DNA of 64,000 nt, taken from positions 214,148,001-214,212,000 of the forward strand of contig OZ024742.1 of the NCBI GenBank assembly GCA_964016885.1, read 5' to 3'. Position 1 is the first letter of the stretch. Every line of letters starts with the position of its first letter. The position numbers and the translations under genes were made by a program. This document shows, in pieces, positions 30,498 through 46,851 of the stretch. Origin of the DNA: Eledone cirrhosa (taxonomy: Eukaryota). The notes beneath the pieces are model-generated. The model worked only from the letters and a program-made list of their open reading frames with translations. It was not told where the DNA came from and searched no databases.

Positions 30498-30779
30498 CAT
30501 ATGGTGGCAGGGCCGAATAATACACCGGTAATGTTAGAGCAAGCATTATAATATAGAACGATGTGAAAGCAAATGTATTCTTTCATTAGGCGATAAATTT
30601 GAAGCCTCAGTGGTTTCATGTTACAACAGAACACAATACTACAATCCTTCACCTCTCTCAAAAATGCTGAGTTACAAGGAACCGGAGATTTTCTAGATTT
30701 AAAAATGTTCAACTTTATATCATAATTTTATAAATTTTTAGCTGAAAATGAATATTCAACGCATATTTGGATCAGGTCT

Positions 30780-31900
30780 TTATAAAACATCTCTACGGGT
30801 TTTTCTGCATCTGCCTACTGCGTGCTATTAGGATTTACACGAAAACTGGGATATAGGCCTAAATCCATAATAAATTCCATCACCAAGGGTGTTTCATTTA
30901 GGATCTCCAGACTTTCAACCTCCATAGACACATTTAATGTACATGCGGATTAGTAAAATGTGGCTGGTTATGAGGAAGGAATAGATTTTATTCCTAATAT
31001 TAAGGATGTTCAACAACATCGTTATCAATTTCCGAAACACCATGCAGAAAACACGATAGTTTCCCTCTATCAGGTAATGAATAACATTGTCTACCAGTGC
31101 AAATTTACAACAAACCATAGGATATTTATATATGTGGGGTCAAAATCTAACCTTAAAAAAAAGATGGTATGCACACATCTATTACTTTAAAACTCTGGGA
31201 CTACAAAAATCTACCGCCGTGGCTAGAAAAATATTGGAATTAAAAATCGAAAGAAAATAGAATAAAATCTGTCTTGGTCCATTCTATAATATACCCAGCA
31301 TACCGGCGTGAATGAAAGGAATGTGATCTTTGTGCAATGGAAGCACTAGAAACCTTGAGAGGAAAGACATTACTGAATTCTAGAAAAGATAGAATATTCA
31401 ACTGTTAGCACTAATACCTGAAAATATTTTCTAATTATAACCCATGATTAGAACCTAATACCCTACCTTTATTTTTTCAAAACTTTCTCTATTTCTATTT
31501 CTTTCAAATAACCAATTTTATTACGTAGACAAGTGACGCCAATTCACCATTTCAGCTTCATCTTTATCTGTAACTGTCATGCTGATACTATTAAAATAAA
31601 AATAAAAATTACGACCTGTTTATTTTTACCACAATAGCAACCCAATGACATATTTCATTTATGTAGTACCAAAAATTGCTGGAACACCATATCTGATACT
31701 CATATCAATTGAAAATCTAAATATTTTATTTATTCTCTGAAGATTCGTTGAGGGAGTGATTGGAAAGATTAATGTCCCTAAACAGCTCTCGTTGACCATG
31801 TGCTCTAACTCGATGATGAAACACATGTCAGATTGTATAATTAAAAAACATTTTTCTTATCACGTCTTGTCTGTTTCTTCTAACATATTGATTTATACGT
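30780..31900 (+). mobile_element. Decayed PLE family B-like 3' remnant
   Basis: NNIVYQCKF...IYVGSKS (GIY-YIG), then CDLCAMEALETL...LLNSRKD; HHR at 31731-31835. Confidence 0.65.
31731..31835 (+). ncRNA. Type I hammerhead with long stem II
   Basis: TATTCT-CTGAAGA-T-TCGTTGAG...CTCGATGA-T-GAAA-CACATG-TC^AGATTG. Confidence 0.6.
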
Positions 31901-32005
31901 ACTCTGTGAATTATAGGGATCTGCAACATGTCCGTGGATTAAAATATGGAATATTATATTGTAAAACTCAATTATACATAATAAGAAAACTACCTTATAT
32001 CCCCC

Positions 32006-32095
<90 letters not shown>

Positions 32096-32347
32096 ATATA
32101 TTTATAGTTCAAGGAGACGTTAAAACAGTGGTACAAAATATATTATTAGTTTCAGGCGGTATATGGAAAAGGGGAAAGAAATGTTGACGTATCAGTTTTA
32201 GCCCTTTTTCAGGAGTACAAATATGGAGACAGGGTCACAAAGGATTAATAAAAGAATACACCCACAACCACACAAACACACACACTCACACATATATAAC
32301 CATCAAATGAATAGAAAAGAAATTGTCATTAATATACTAGACATCTC

Positions 32348-32526
<179 letters not shown>

Positions 32527-33734
32527 GTGTGTGTGTATGTATGTATAAGTTTATAGACAAACATACATATACATATACGCATTCATGTACATTAAAACCA
32601 TAATTTAAGATTGGATCCATTTACTTGTATAATCGCAAATAAAGAAGTGGAAATGTTAAGTGCAGTATTTATTCCTTATCAACCTATATCATAATGATGT
32701 ATTTGAAAGTGCCAATGTACTCTATGAAATCTCTTATATATTGACTCAAATTGGATGAATTTTGAAATGAAATATTTACATCATCGCAAGCATCGGAGTC
32801 TTTGACACCGAATTTTTGTCTGAATTGAGAATGTGTTCCATATACTATAAGCTTATTATTTAGAGCAAATGTGTGTCAAGCATCGTAGAGGAAGTGGTAA
32901 GCTGTTTACGTGCAGAGATAACAACTCAGATAAACTCATTCCACTTTATTTGTGATGCTAAGGCTTTTGGTAAAATAGTTATCATTGGAAAATTAGATTG
33001 TTATGACCAAACTGAGGCCTGGTATATAAGCACAAAAGAACCGAAATAACAATAAAATTCAACAATACTTAAAGGAACTATGTCAGGCAAGTGAATGCAC
33101 TTTATTTATTTTCAAAGATCAATATCATAAGTATCTTAAATGACAGTAATATAATTAGGTCAATTCAAGAGATTTGAATTCGGACCTTGAAAAATAAATG
33201 AATATTTAAAGCAATTTGTAGTAATGAATTTTGTTGTTGCTGTTTATCATCCAGGTCAACCCTGATCAAATGCATTCAGTGATCATCTAAAAAATAGTAG
33301 CAATGCTGGTTTCACGATCAATTTACATTTATTTAAGCAACGATAACAGGATTTTCATATTTTGACCTATTCCCCTCTGAAGTAATGGAAGGAATAATTT
33401 CTTCAACTTAAAACAATACATGCCGGTGATAATATATGATTCTGTATTGATCGAGGATAATAGAAAATGTACCAGAATCTGTATCTTATAAAATTGTATT
33501 ATTGCAATTATTGTTTTTGCTTAGCTTCAGTTCAACAGAAGACCTACGAATCAAAGGTGTTCCAGCTCTGAACAGTTAGAGCTTATTCAGAGAGTATATT
33601 TCTATGTTTATGTCGACCTTCTCTAATCCCCGAGGAATGACCTCTATTTCATAATGATTTCGAACTATCACAAGAAAGAAACAACAGATTTTAATTTAAA
33701 GTGAAGAGAATGGTGACGAATTAAATTCTGTTCA

Positions 33735-34035
33735 TCACCACCACCACTACCATCCTCCTCCTCCTCCCCCATCATCATCATCATCGTCGTCATCATAATC
33801 ATCATCACATCATCACCATCATCATGATCGCCATCACAATCATCATCACCATCATCATCATCATCATCATCATTATCATCATCATCACCATTGCCATCAT
33901 CATCATCACCATCATCATCACCATCATTGCCATCATCATCATCATCATCATCATCATGATCATCGTCACCATCATCATCATCACCTCATCATCATCATCA
34001 TCGTCATCGTCACCGTCATCATCACCTCATCATCG

Positions 34036-34066
<31 letters not shown>

Positions 34067-34087
34067 TACCATCATCATCACCATTGC

Positions 34088-34144
<57 letters not shown>

Positions 34145-34195
34145 TATCACCACCGTCATCATCATCACCATCACCATCACCATCACCATCATCTT
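33735..34195. repeat. (CAT)n-type trinucleotide tract
   Basis: About 460 bp of CAT/CAC repeats. Confidence 0.95.
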
Positions 34196-34777
34196 CATAT
34201 TCAACCATTAGATACCACAGCATGGTGAATGTATCATCAAGGATGTACTCAGGTTTCTATTCTGGAACGTTCTCATCCATCTACCCTTCATAAACCTATC
34301 TATCACCTCTCTTTACACCGTCCTCTCTTTTCCTCAACTAAGCGATCATATCCCAGTCGGTCTACATTCTGTTGATCCCATTGTCTAATAGTTGTCTCGT
34401 TTACATGCCACATGCATTGCCTATATGTATTTTCCCTTCTGACTATATTTTATGATGTTTTGCACTTCTGTTTCATCCTAATATGCACATATTTCCTTAT
34501 GTCGTTCTATCTCCTGTCCTATCTAAACTATAATAAAGTATGGACTGCGGGGACTGCGTACGGTTTATTTCTTTTAATCCAGTTAGTAAAATAAGTTGGA
34601 TTATTTTGAATAAATAATGAATGAATATTACATAATACATGTACTAAATTTCGTACTAAATTTCGTAAACATTAATAATTTTAAATTGAATTCTTTTCAA
34701 AATGTCATTCACATTTCTACACTTCCGATATATCGTCGCCACTATCACCACTTCAACTACCATATACATATAGAAAT

Positions 34778-34873
<96 letters not shown>

Positions 34874-35265
34874 TGATGAGAGAGATAGAGAGATTATGAT
34901 TTTCTACACGCTGACGGGTATGAGTGTGCACATACATACATCGATATGTATGAGTATATAACTATTATGAGTATATAGCTATAATCGCGCAAAACACAAA
35001 CTTATAAAAATAGATGCTCACAGACATACATTCAGATACATATACGTACATTCACACATACTTTCACCCAAACAAACATACATTCACACATATAGATTTA
35101 CACAAGCACATACATACAGTCATGATAGCAGCGTTCGGTGAATTGGAAATTTAAGGGTAAAACAAGTATAACGTTTTATTTATTCATTAACTCTTTATTT
35201 ATATATTAACTCTTTTTTTAAAACTCGTTTAATATAATGGTTATAGAACGAAAACACTAACAAAT

Positions 35266-35451
35266 ATAATTGTTTCTACTTTTGGCATAACGCCAGCAAT
35301 TATATCAGTGTATTACTGGTACTTTATTTTATCGACCCCGTAAGGTTGAAAAGCAAAATTAACCTCGGTGGATTGGAACTCAGATCGTAAAGGGCCGTAA
35401 TTCTATGCTGCAAAGCATGGCGTCCGACCTTCTACCGATACTGCCAATTCA
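35266..35451 (-). mobile_element. tRNA-derived SINE
   Basis: Same family as 8767-8948. Confidence 0.8.
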
Positions 35452-35634
35452 ATATAATATATACAAAGGAAAGGGAAAGGAAAAAAAAAGAAAGAGAAAA
35501 AATTACACAAGCACGTAATAGACACATCTTAGACCACATAGAACAAAATGCAGGCGAAAGAGTGGGAAACGAGCAGCTACCAGAGAAAAAGATATTATAG
35601 CGAGGAGCACTTGGAAACCTCTCTAATAATTTTT

Positions 35635-36065
35635 GAGGCAGGCCAGCACACTCGCAGCGTTACCTGGGGTGATGGCGACGCTGAAGTACTGGAACCACCA
35701 AGTGCCCTCACGAGCTTCACGGGTTCCCTCTGTCTGGCAAGCCGCCAGTGAAGATAAGAATCTCGCTGTCAGTAGCCCGACTCCCCCAAACGTTCGAACG
35801 CCACAGGCTGGATAATGTAGTTAGCTGAGAGAACACGGTATTTTAGGATTTTGTTCCGTTCAGCTGCGGATGCTGTAGCTCTCGCCCTTACCTCTGCATC
35901 CAGGATGTGGGAAGAAGCAAAAGAGTCATTAACTGTGACGTCCCAGGTAAGGCACCTGCCTCTTGACCAGGATCAGAGAATAGTAGCGTCAAGTCTTTTC
36001 CCATCAATTCAGGACAACCCATATGGTTCCAAAATTGAGGGGATGTTTGCCCGGGCCAAAGCTCT
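35635..36065 (-). pseudogene. Restriction-like endonuclease domain of a CRE-like non-LTR element
   Basis: My translation of the minus strand: EPYGLS*IDGKRLDATIL*SWSRGRCLTWDVTVNDSFA...AAERNKILKY...PVAFERLG, then SVAITPGNAASVL. Confidence 0.75.
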
Positions 36066-36254
36066 TGACTGGTAATAGGACAGTGTGTTTATGTGTGCGC
36101 GCGCGAGTTTGTCGGTGTTCTTAAATTCGAGACACATGTGTGTTTCCCTTCCTTCCTTTTACACACACATACATTCACACAAACACACATACACATTGCG
36201 TTATGGACGTGTGGACAGAAGTCCCTCAAATTTATATACATGTGAATGGAGTTC

Positions 36255-36856
36255 TACTGAAGCAATTAGAGAAGTTCAGTATCTTGGAGCCGTGTTCATG
36301 AGTGATGGAATGCAGGAGGCTGAATTAAGTGCAAGAATTGCAAAAGCTGATGCAGTAATGCGCCAACCTCAGCATTCAGCAATCAGATGAAGGGGGTAGG
36401 TGTAAAAGCCAAACTCGCTGTCTTCCTGGTATTTCTGCCAACTCAACTGAGGATCATGAATCTTGGGTAATGACCAAAAGGATACAATTGCAAATAAAAA
36501 TTGCAGAAATGGGATTCCTCCGAAGGGTCGTTGGAATAACGTTATGAGAGTCACTCCTGGTAGAGCCACTACTTCTCCGAATTGAGAGATCACAACTCCG
36601 ATATTATGAGTATCTGGTTAGAATGTCTCAGTAAAGAATCGCTGGACACATTTTACAAGCAAAACCAACCGGCAAGAGACCCGGGGGTAGACCTTGAGCA
36701 AGATAGTTAGATAACATCCATGAGCTTGGCTGGTCGTGCTTTGGGATCTAGCTGGATCTGTTACAGATGTTTGCTACTGACAAACTCGCTGGAAGGAGTG
36801 TTTGAGAAGGACTCTGCCTCCACGACCCTCTCAGAAATAAGTGGGTGAAGAAGAAC
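36255..36856 (+). mobile_element. RTE-like LINE 3' fragment
   Basis: Homologous to 9188-9760 (VQYLGAVFMSDG..EAELSARI); ends GAAGAAGAA. Confidence 0.8.
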
Positions 36857-37202
36857 ATATTGTCAATTTACTTTTCCATTTACATATATCTATATGCATA
36901 AATATTTGCGTATAATACCAATATGCAGACTACATATGCTAGCAGAAAACCGCCAGAGGGGCGGTTTTTCTGCTAGTATTTCTAATGATCGACACTGATT
37001 CTGCTCCCTAGATTTAGCTGGAATGATACCCAGATCAAAAACTCTCAGGTTCACTCAGGGATCGTGTCATTACTTATCATGTAATCCAATTCATCAAAAG
37101 CACTTCATATATATTATACTAGACGGGCTGCCGACGGTAGTCAATCATACCATTATGAGCATGTAAAGCATCAATTTTGTGCAGCTAATATTTCATTATT
37201 AT

Positions 37203-37252
37203 TTCTTCTTCTTCTTCTTCTTCTTCTTCTTCTTCTTCTTCTTCTTCTTCTT

Positions 37253-37283
<31 letters not shown>

Positions 37284-37390
37284 TTCATGAGAGGGTCGTG
37301 GGGGCAGAGTCCTCAAACACTCCTTCCAGCATGTCCTGTCCAAAGCAACCATCTCCAACTGATCTGGCTAGATTCCCAAACGAGACCAAA
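37203..37390 (-). mobile_element. RTE-like LINE extreme 3' end with expanded (GAA)n
   Basis: 37285-37390 matches 9180-9280; long (TTC)n tract. Confidence 0.8.
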
Positions 37391-38443
37391 TAGAGATTCG
37401 CTTTTTAAAATCTTATGCATGACGGTATTCAAAGCTTTCTTGTAGTTCAATAACAATTTATTTCTATTATATAATTTTATTAAACATTAGAGGGATACTC
37501 ATTAAATAAATGAATACAGAATATTCTTAATAATGTAAACATCATCTAAACAGTAATCTATAAGACTTTGATTTAGTGACAAAACTATGCACTCATATAT
37601 AGCCATCTCTCTCATGTTTGCTAAATTCTTTCACTATTATCAATGTTTGCTGCATTGACCAACAGGTTAGCAGATAAATGGCCTAATGTGGTAATATATT
37701 AATGTGAATCAACTGTACAACACCGCCCCTACCATACAAAACCCCAAAATAAACACGATTAAAGAGAGAAAATAACAAACATAATCAAGAAATAAACAAA
37801 ACTAACGGCACATAAAAGTAAAGAAACATTCCAGCTGAAATCTGATCCTTTTGACGTTTTTCTCTTTCTGTAAATACAATGGATGCTTAAATTGCTTTCG
37901 TGACACAATCAAACTGTTGACACGGTATCGATATAAAGGGAAATCGAGAAAGCAAAATATGGTTAGTTAGCTAAATCGATAAAGAGGTAGGAAGATAGAT
38001 AGACAAATAAACGGCCGCTGGACTAGTTAAATAAGTTTATATCTTGGAGAAAATAAACAAATAAATATTTATGTGTAATTATTACATACGCTTACATACA
38101 CACACACACACTCACAGAAACAAACACATATATGTATATAATACCTATATATACACATATATTCACATACATACAGGCACGCACACACATATATATATAT
38201 ATAATACCTATATATATACACATGTTCACATACATACATGTACATACACACACACACGCACGCACACACACATACGCACGCACACACGCACACACACACA
38301 CACGCACACACACACACACATATATATATATATACATAAATGATAAATGTATACATGTAACTGTCTATGATAACTACATATATGAATTTGTTTTCCCTAT
38401 TTAACCATTCACCCACTCATCCATCTATTTATCTATCTATTTG

Positions 38444-38564
<121 letters not shown>

Positions 38565-38579
38565 GTGTGTATATGTATG

Positions 38580-38610
<31 letters not shown>

Positions 38611-38635
38611 CTATCTATATATATATATATATGTA

Positions 38636-38666
<31 letters not shown>

Positions 38667-39955
38667 TTGTGTGTGCGTGTGTGTGTATGTGTGTGTGTGT
38701 TCGCGCGTTTGTATGTATGCGTGTACGCGCGCTCGTGTGTGGTATCGATGAAGAGGGGAAAATGAATGAAAAGAAAAGTAAATGGAATTGAAGAAGACTA
38801 ATTTCAATGGTTCAGAAAGAGATCAGATATAGTGTAACGTTGAATATGTTACACTTGAAAGGAAACACTATCCACTGTATTCAGTAGAGAACGACTGCAT
38901 CAATATTTGTTTAACCTAGCTATAAACTGCTTGCTTGTTGTTTTTAATATTGGTTCTGAAAGAGTTTTATCGCATAATCGTATCTAGCAAAAACACCGAT
39001 ACTTATTGCGAGAGAAATGTAAATACCTTTGTATAAAATTGATATCCAACCCGATCGTTATCACCCTTATTATTTTCATCACCATCATCTTCATCTTCAT
39101 CACACAGCATTGTTGTGATTGTCACTTCTCCTTCTTCTCTTTACTCTTCTGCTCCTATCGTTTTACTCCCCATATGTCATTACTACAATCGTCACCATGC
39201 CACCATGCCCATTATCAAGAAACGTGGATGAAAAAGGCAAACTAATAGCTGAAAAAACCCAACAAACAAACTATAATGTATAAGTAATGATATGTTTTGT
39301 TTTATGCTTAGATCTCAGGTTTCATTTTCTCATATGATGCTTCGATTAAATACAACAGATATGATATTCTGTAAAGAGGGGGCTATGCATGCAGCATTTA
39401 AATATCAGTGCCTTTTGGTGATATTGGTGCACTTGACCCTGTGAAATGATCATCTGTAGGTCTGCATCTGTAGGAAAATATGTGGTGGATGCTTCTAGTA
39501 GATTATATTTCTCTCGAAATATATTAAGCGACACACGCACACACAGCATATACACACAAACCCACGCTCGCGCACGCGCACACAAACGCGCGCGCACACA
39601 GCACATACACATGCACACATATATATAGAAACCATGCAAGTGGGGAAAAGTGGACGTTAAACGGTGATGCTAATGTGGAGGATGTCATATATACAATCTC
39701 TGCATATATATCTACACACAAACAGTCAAACACACACAGACACACACATATACAGACATAGACACACACATACACATGGATACATATATATAAATATACT
39801 GCATTCAAACAGGACGAGCAAAATGTTTGGAACGTAAAGGAACAGAATAGAGAGGGTATGGTAAAGAAAGTAAGGAGAGATTAAGAAAGGAATCAGCGTG
39901 GATTAGAGTTTCAGTAGACTATGATATGGTTTATAGGAGTAGGATCGATCAATCC

Positions 39956-40022
<67 letters not shown>

Positions 40023-40049
<27 letters not shown>

Positions 40050-40610
40050 TAACAGATTAAAGTTTAAGCAAAGAATAACTGCTTTCACCCTTAACGGGAT
40101 CTTCTGAAACTAACAAAGACAACCACACACAATATAAGTTACACTGGGAGATCCTAGCAAGGGCTTGATCATATAACGGAAATAAAAGACCATGTGACCT
40201 CTGCGCCACTGAGGCCCTGGAAATACTCTATGCCACAGACCTCATCTTAAACAAAAAATCTGAGGCTTGTAAACATAAATTGCACAAAACTTTCCTGTAT
40301 TACAGCCCCACGTTATACCCTAACGGATAGTACGATCTATACGTGGATATTTTACGTCTTGATGTGGTAGCTAAGTATATGTTTTCTTTATACCATTACT
40401 TATTTGCATAGGTAAGTATATATTACCTGTATGTTTCGTGAAGGGAACGTTTCCACGAACCAAAGTATCGTCTTCCTGTTTTCCTCCGGTTGCAACGTTT
40501 TTGAAATATCCACTTCTGCGTTTACAGATTGACTTTGTTAGTTTCAGAAGATCCCGTTAAGGGTGAAAGCAACGATTCTTTACTTAAACTTTAATCTGTT
40601 ATTTTAATAA
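40023..40610 (+). mobile_element. Short PLE family B-like insertion with inverted pLTR end
   Basis: 40023-40120 is the reverse complement of 40531-40607; between them WEILARA*SYNGNKRPCDLCATEALEIL...LNKKSE resembles the end of ORF 53961-54791. Confidence 0.75.
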
Positions 40611-40697
40611 ATATTTGCTCTACGGTTCTTATATATTTGATACATATTTATCCTTATCGAGCCCTCTTTGGATTTTAGTCTTCAAATTTATTATTAT

Positions 40698-40809
<112 letters not shown>

Positions 40810-42686
40810 GCTTCCTGATAATTTTTTTCGGTATGAAACAGTTCTAGTCCTGTAGAAGCCTTTCTACATTATATATATATATATATATGAGAGATTGATT
40901 GATCTTACTCGACACACACGCACGCATATATGTATATATACAGGTATATATACACACACATTTATGTATATATATAATTCTAGAATCGGGCCCGATCAAT
41001 AAAGAACGAACCTTGAGCTGATAAATCTCGAAAGGCGGGTCACACCGAAAAATGTAATAAGGATTTAACACCCCGTCCTTATTATACATATACATACATA
41101 ATACATATTTGTATATATATATATATACGCACACACATGCCCCCCCCCACACGCACACACACACGCACACACACACACACACACATATATATAAATGTGT
41201 GTGTATAAATCGTATTCAAGATTTGTGGAAAGTTATCACCTGAGCAGGCTTAAAGTATATCCAGCCTACAAAACAACAACAAAAAATCGTGTTATTATTC
41301 TGTTCATACATCATGAAGACTAATAGATATTGAAGGTACTGGAAAGGACAATGTATAAGCAACATCCATAGAATATAATAGCCATTCGTGTGTCCAGGAA
41401 TGTACGTGTATATATGTATACATGCATATATGCTTTTATATGCGTGAGTGATATTCTTTTGCGAGTGTGAGTCATTTGGGTACAGAACCAATAATGAAAT
41501 ATTCACAAATTATGCGGAATATACTACACATAGATTTACATAATATAACAGAAACATTAAACAATCCCGCTGAGAATGAATTGACTTTGATACTTGCCAG
41601 ATTTTGTCTAGATACACTCATGGAGACATATAAGAACCAATATATATAAGCAAACACATAATATACATATACATGAAATTCAAATATTGTCTTATAAAAC
41701 AGAAATAACCGAAACGGCAATCAGGATATGTATAATACATCCTTATATTATTCCAATTAAGTTTTGGTCTTACTAGATATAAGACCAGAAACAACCGTCT
41801 AAAAGGGACAAATATAAACGAAATGAAAAAAACAACAAATAAAATAAATAAGCGAAAAATATTAAAATAACTTACACAATAACTTACACAATGTATAATG
41901 TATTTCATTTTATTTCTTGAAAAATACGCAATAGACATAACTAGAACGACTTTTATAATAGGACAGCTTAGGGAGGATAGGTCTTAATCTAAACAAACAT
42001 AACAGTATTCACAAACAGAAAGAAATATATCCCTTTAAAGTCAAAGACCACCTTCAACACTATATTATTAGAGGATTCAATATCCCCTTCATAACGGATG
42101 CAACAGTACCATAAATAGCCACAACATCAACAACAATACCAACAAGCCAACAGAAAGACATTATACCTAGTTGCTAGGCCACCTTCCTAGATTTGGCAGT
42201 CGAAAGAAATCTGATTAAAGATCAGCTCAATCAGATCTAACCTGAAACTAACCAACACTAACATCACAACTACCACGACCACTAACAGCATGACGACGAC
42301 AATCAACCCCACAGACAACGCCACCATTAGCACTCATCCCGCCAAAAGAGCAGCGGTAGCAGCTCCAGCAGCATAGCACCATTATCAGCACCACCATAGG
42401 CTTCAGGTAGCAACAATACCAATAAAATTAACGAGAAATGAAATCCGAAAAACAAAAACGTCTCCCTCTCCAACCCAATAGAAATATGACAATAAAATAC
42501 ACAACAACAAACAGCTCAACTGGAAATGGTGAATCGACCGTAAGGTATAATAAATAGTGTTATAATAAAAATTTCTGAACGTTGGAGCATAAAATATTTT
42601 TGTTTCTTCCTTCGTTCTTAGTTTTACATTTTCACATTCTTTCGTAATTTTTTTTGCATGTTTCAGTATCAACGCTATACATATAC

Positions 42687-42744
<58 letters not shown>

Positions 42745-43036
42745 GCATATATATATATTAATAATACTAATATTAAGGGTTTAGATCGATATCTAATGGT
42801 TTCGATATCGTTGCTTAATATATGTGTATATATACATGAATGTATATTTATATTGACACGCAAAGCTCACAGTATGAAATGTAACAGAGATTACCTAACC
42901 TCAAAAGAACAGAACTTATAGAATATGAATAGAAAAATAAACGCTGCAAATTCTACACTATATGCTGCTGCAATTGGATAGAATAAAGACCACCAAACCT
43001 CTACAGGTAGCGAGTAAATAAAAATCTAAGTAATAG

Positions 43037-43069
<33 letters not shown>

Positions 43070-43254
43070 GATAAATCTACCAAGAGTTTACGGTAGTGTC
43101 CAATCCGTATGAAGAACTCAATGTATTCCGGATATCATGGAAAGAAGAGATGTAATGAAAATCCACTTTCGGTGAAAGATAAACGGTATACAGAGTCAAG
43201 ATAAAATATTAAACAAATAATGAACAAACAATTCCTTATATTAAACAAAAAAAG

Positions 43255-43409
43255 TTCACTATTTAACGATCGTTTCTAGGGTATATATGTGTTATAATTG
43301 GTATGCATATTCAACAGATCTATGTACAAAATTATACAAAATTATACAAATTATCAAGATTAAATATACATACCTAACACATATATACGCCGTCTTCAGA
43401 AATAATGAA
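43255..43409 (-). ncRNA. Type I hammerhead (mirror copy of 47673-47827)
   Basis: Lies in the left arm of the inverted repeat. Confidence 0.7.
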
Positions 43410-44229
43410 GTATATTTATTGATAATAACAACAATTCAAAATATCAGTTTAAAATTGACCAATGAAAACACAAAGGGTTAAAAGCAGTTCGGTGTGTGTA
43501 TATACATGTAAAATCCTTACACATATTTTACAATAATGTGTGTATAATTTGTATGCGCATACTAAAAAGATGGATGCAAACACAAAATTTCAAGGTTAAT
43601 ATCTCTGTAAGCTTAATGCGCTGATAAGATGCGCATTGATACTTATGGAGTCAAGCATATAAATATATTTTTTCATACTCACACATATCAGTATAAACAC
43701 ACATACATGCGCGTATATGCATAAATATACACATAACCACGAACATACAAACACACACACTCCCCCACTCACATTTATATATGTGGATATAAAATCATAA
43801 GCACATAGAAATTAAGTCACTCACATAAAACACTGGCACACACATTTCAAGATCAAGATACAGAAATTTGGTGGGAGGGGGGGGAAGGGGTCAGTATTCA
43901 ATTGTCTGAGCAGACTGCCTAATATAAATGTATCTATAAATTAAGAAAAATAAAAAAATAAAAACAATAAAATATAATAAATATAATATAATGTACATAC
44001 ACATACAGATATATATACACATACATACATGTACGCGCACATAGAGATATTTACGCATACACACATACACACATACATATACAGTCATACACACACATAC
44101 ACTTACACGAACATACACATACACATATAAAAGGATATATATATACACACACACACGCGCAACACATACACACATACACATATATATAAAAAATAGATAA
44201 TAAAGATATATATCCATATATATATATAT

Positions 44230-44274
<45 letters not shown>

Positions 44275-44375
44275 CACATACATACACATACATACACATA
44301 CATCTAAATATACATATACATACATACACACATACATGTACATACATGTACATACATATACGCACATCGATATAC

Positions 44376-44414
<39 letters not shown>

Positions 44415-44765
44415 CACTCACATAGACATAAAGATACATACACACACAACTTACATACACACGTATATATATATATATATATATAGAAGTACCTTCATAC
44501 ATAGAATTAGATATATAATCATACATACATATGCACCTACTTATACTCATATAAATAAATACATACGCTTCCATATATGTGTATATACATAAAAAAAATA
44601 TAAAAAAAATACCACCTCACCAAACTCAGACATACAAATGAAAATAATAATAAAAAAACGCATATGTATATACATACACACACGCATTAATAGAGATATA
44701 TATATATATACACACATACATACACACATATATATATACATACACACACACATATATACACATAC

Positions 44766-44807
<42 letters not shown>

Positions 44808-44816
44808 TCACATAGA

Positions 44817-44861
<45 letters not shown>

Positions 44862-45154
44862 ATATATATCCACATACTCATACCACCATAAATACACATA
44901 CAAACACCCACATACATATATATATATATATCTATATACACACACGTATACACATATATATATATATATACACATATATATATATATATACACACACATA
45001 AAAAACAGACATGCACATATATATATATATATATATATTTCATTACTCTTATATATACACATATTATATATACATACACAACCTCACTTATACACATATA
45101 CACATAAGTTATATTACAATAATAATAAAGAATAATATACATATATATATATAC

Positions 45155-45191
<37 letters not shown>

Positions 45192-46666
45192 CATACATAC
45201 ACATACATACATACACATAAATATATACATACATAAATACACACATACGAATAAAGACATATATTCACACGTAGACACCTATATATATATATATATATAT
45301 ATATCTATATATATATATATACATATATATATACATATATATATACACATACATACACACACACACACACAGACACACATACACACTCACATATATATAT
45401 ATATATATGTGTATGTGAGTGTGCGCACATACACATATATACACACACACATACAAACACACACAAACACATACATATGCATACGTGCACACACACACAC
45501 ATATATCACATAGATACGAAGATAAACATATAAATAGAGAGACATACATATATATACACAACACATATACACATACATACATACACGCATATACATATAC
45601 ATACATATATACACATATATATATTCCTATATATACAAGCATACACATACATACACATACATACACATACATACACATATATATACAACACATTCACATA
45701 CACATACATATATAATACATATATATACATACATATACATACATATGTATGTACAATCATATATACACACACAATCTTACATTCATATTTGCATGCTCAT
45801 ATATGTATTTTCATATTTAGATATAAATACCCAAACCTATATAGATACCTACCTACATATATAATCATACATAGACGCTTACAAATACAGATGATAATAG
45901 TATGGGGGAAAGGGGGGGTTTGGAGAAGGGGATCAAAGTAAATATATGTTTCAAGAAACATATAATATTTTCCGTATCTTAATTCAATGTATGTTCTTAC
46001 ATATTTTCAGTGCTAGGAAATACGAAATCTATGCATCTCAAAATAAATAAGTATACCATTAATCATATGTTAACTAAACCAAAGATAGTCAACATATTGA
46101 TTTCAAGGTGTAAATTAGTTAGGTTTATAATATTTGAAGCAGAATTTTGAAGTCAAACAGTAGTAGATTATTAATTACATTATAACTAAATTAAAGTTAA
46201 TAACGTTATGGTATCAATATTAGGAGATGAATTTAGTAATAGGGAAAAGAAACCCAAATAAAAATAAAATAAAGTATTACATCGGTAGTAGCATTTAAAT
46301 TATATGTTAACTAAATTAAAAATTATATATTTATTTCAATAGTATACGTTAATTAGTATATGTTAATTAGGTATACAATACATAAAGCAGATATTGTATT
46401 TCATCAATAGCATAATATAATTATATGCAAATAAAAATCAAAATTAATACGCATACATATACATATACATACACATACACATTTTTTTTTATGTATATAC
46501 ACATATATGGAAGCGTATGTATTTATTTATATGAGTATAAGTAGGTGCATATGTATGTATGATTATATATCTAATTCTATGTATGAAGGTACTTCTATAT
46601 ATATATATATATATATACGTGTGTATGTAAGTTGTGTGTGTATGTATCTTTATGTCTATGTGAGTG

Positions 46667-46705
<39 letters not shown>

Positions 46706-46806
46706 GTATATCGATGTGCGTATATGTATGTACATGTATGTACATGTATGTGTGTATGTATGTATATGTATATTTAGATGTATGTGTATGTATGTGTATG
46801 TATGTG

Positions 46807-46851
<45 letters not shown>

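Noticed and set aside
33824-34293. Poly-His/Ile/Ser/Asp/Met ORFs
   Set aside because: (CAT)n tract read in several frames.
40540-40585. CAGAAGA-TCCCGTTAAGGGT-GAAA hammerhead-like motif
   Set aside because: U4 is altered and stem I does not pair; at best a dead relic.
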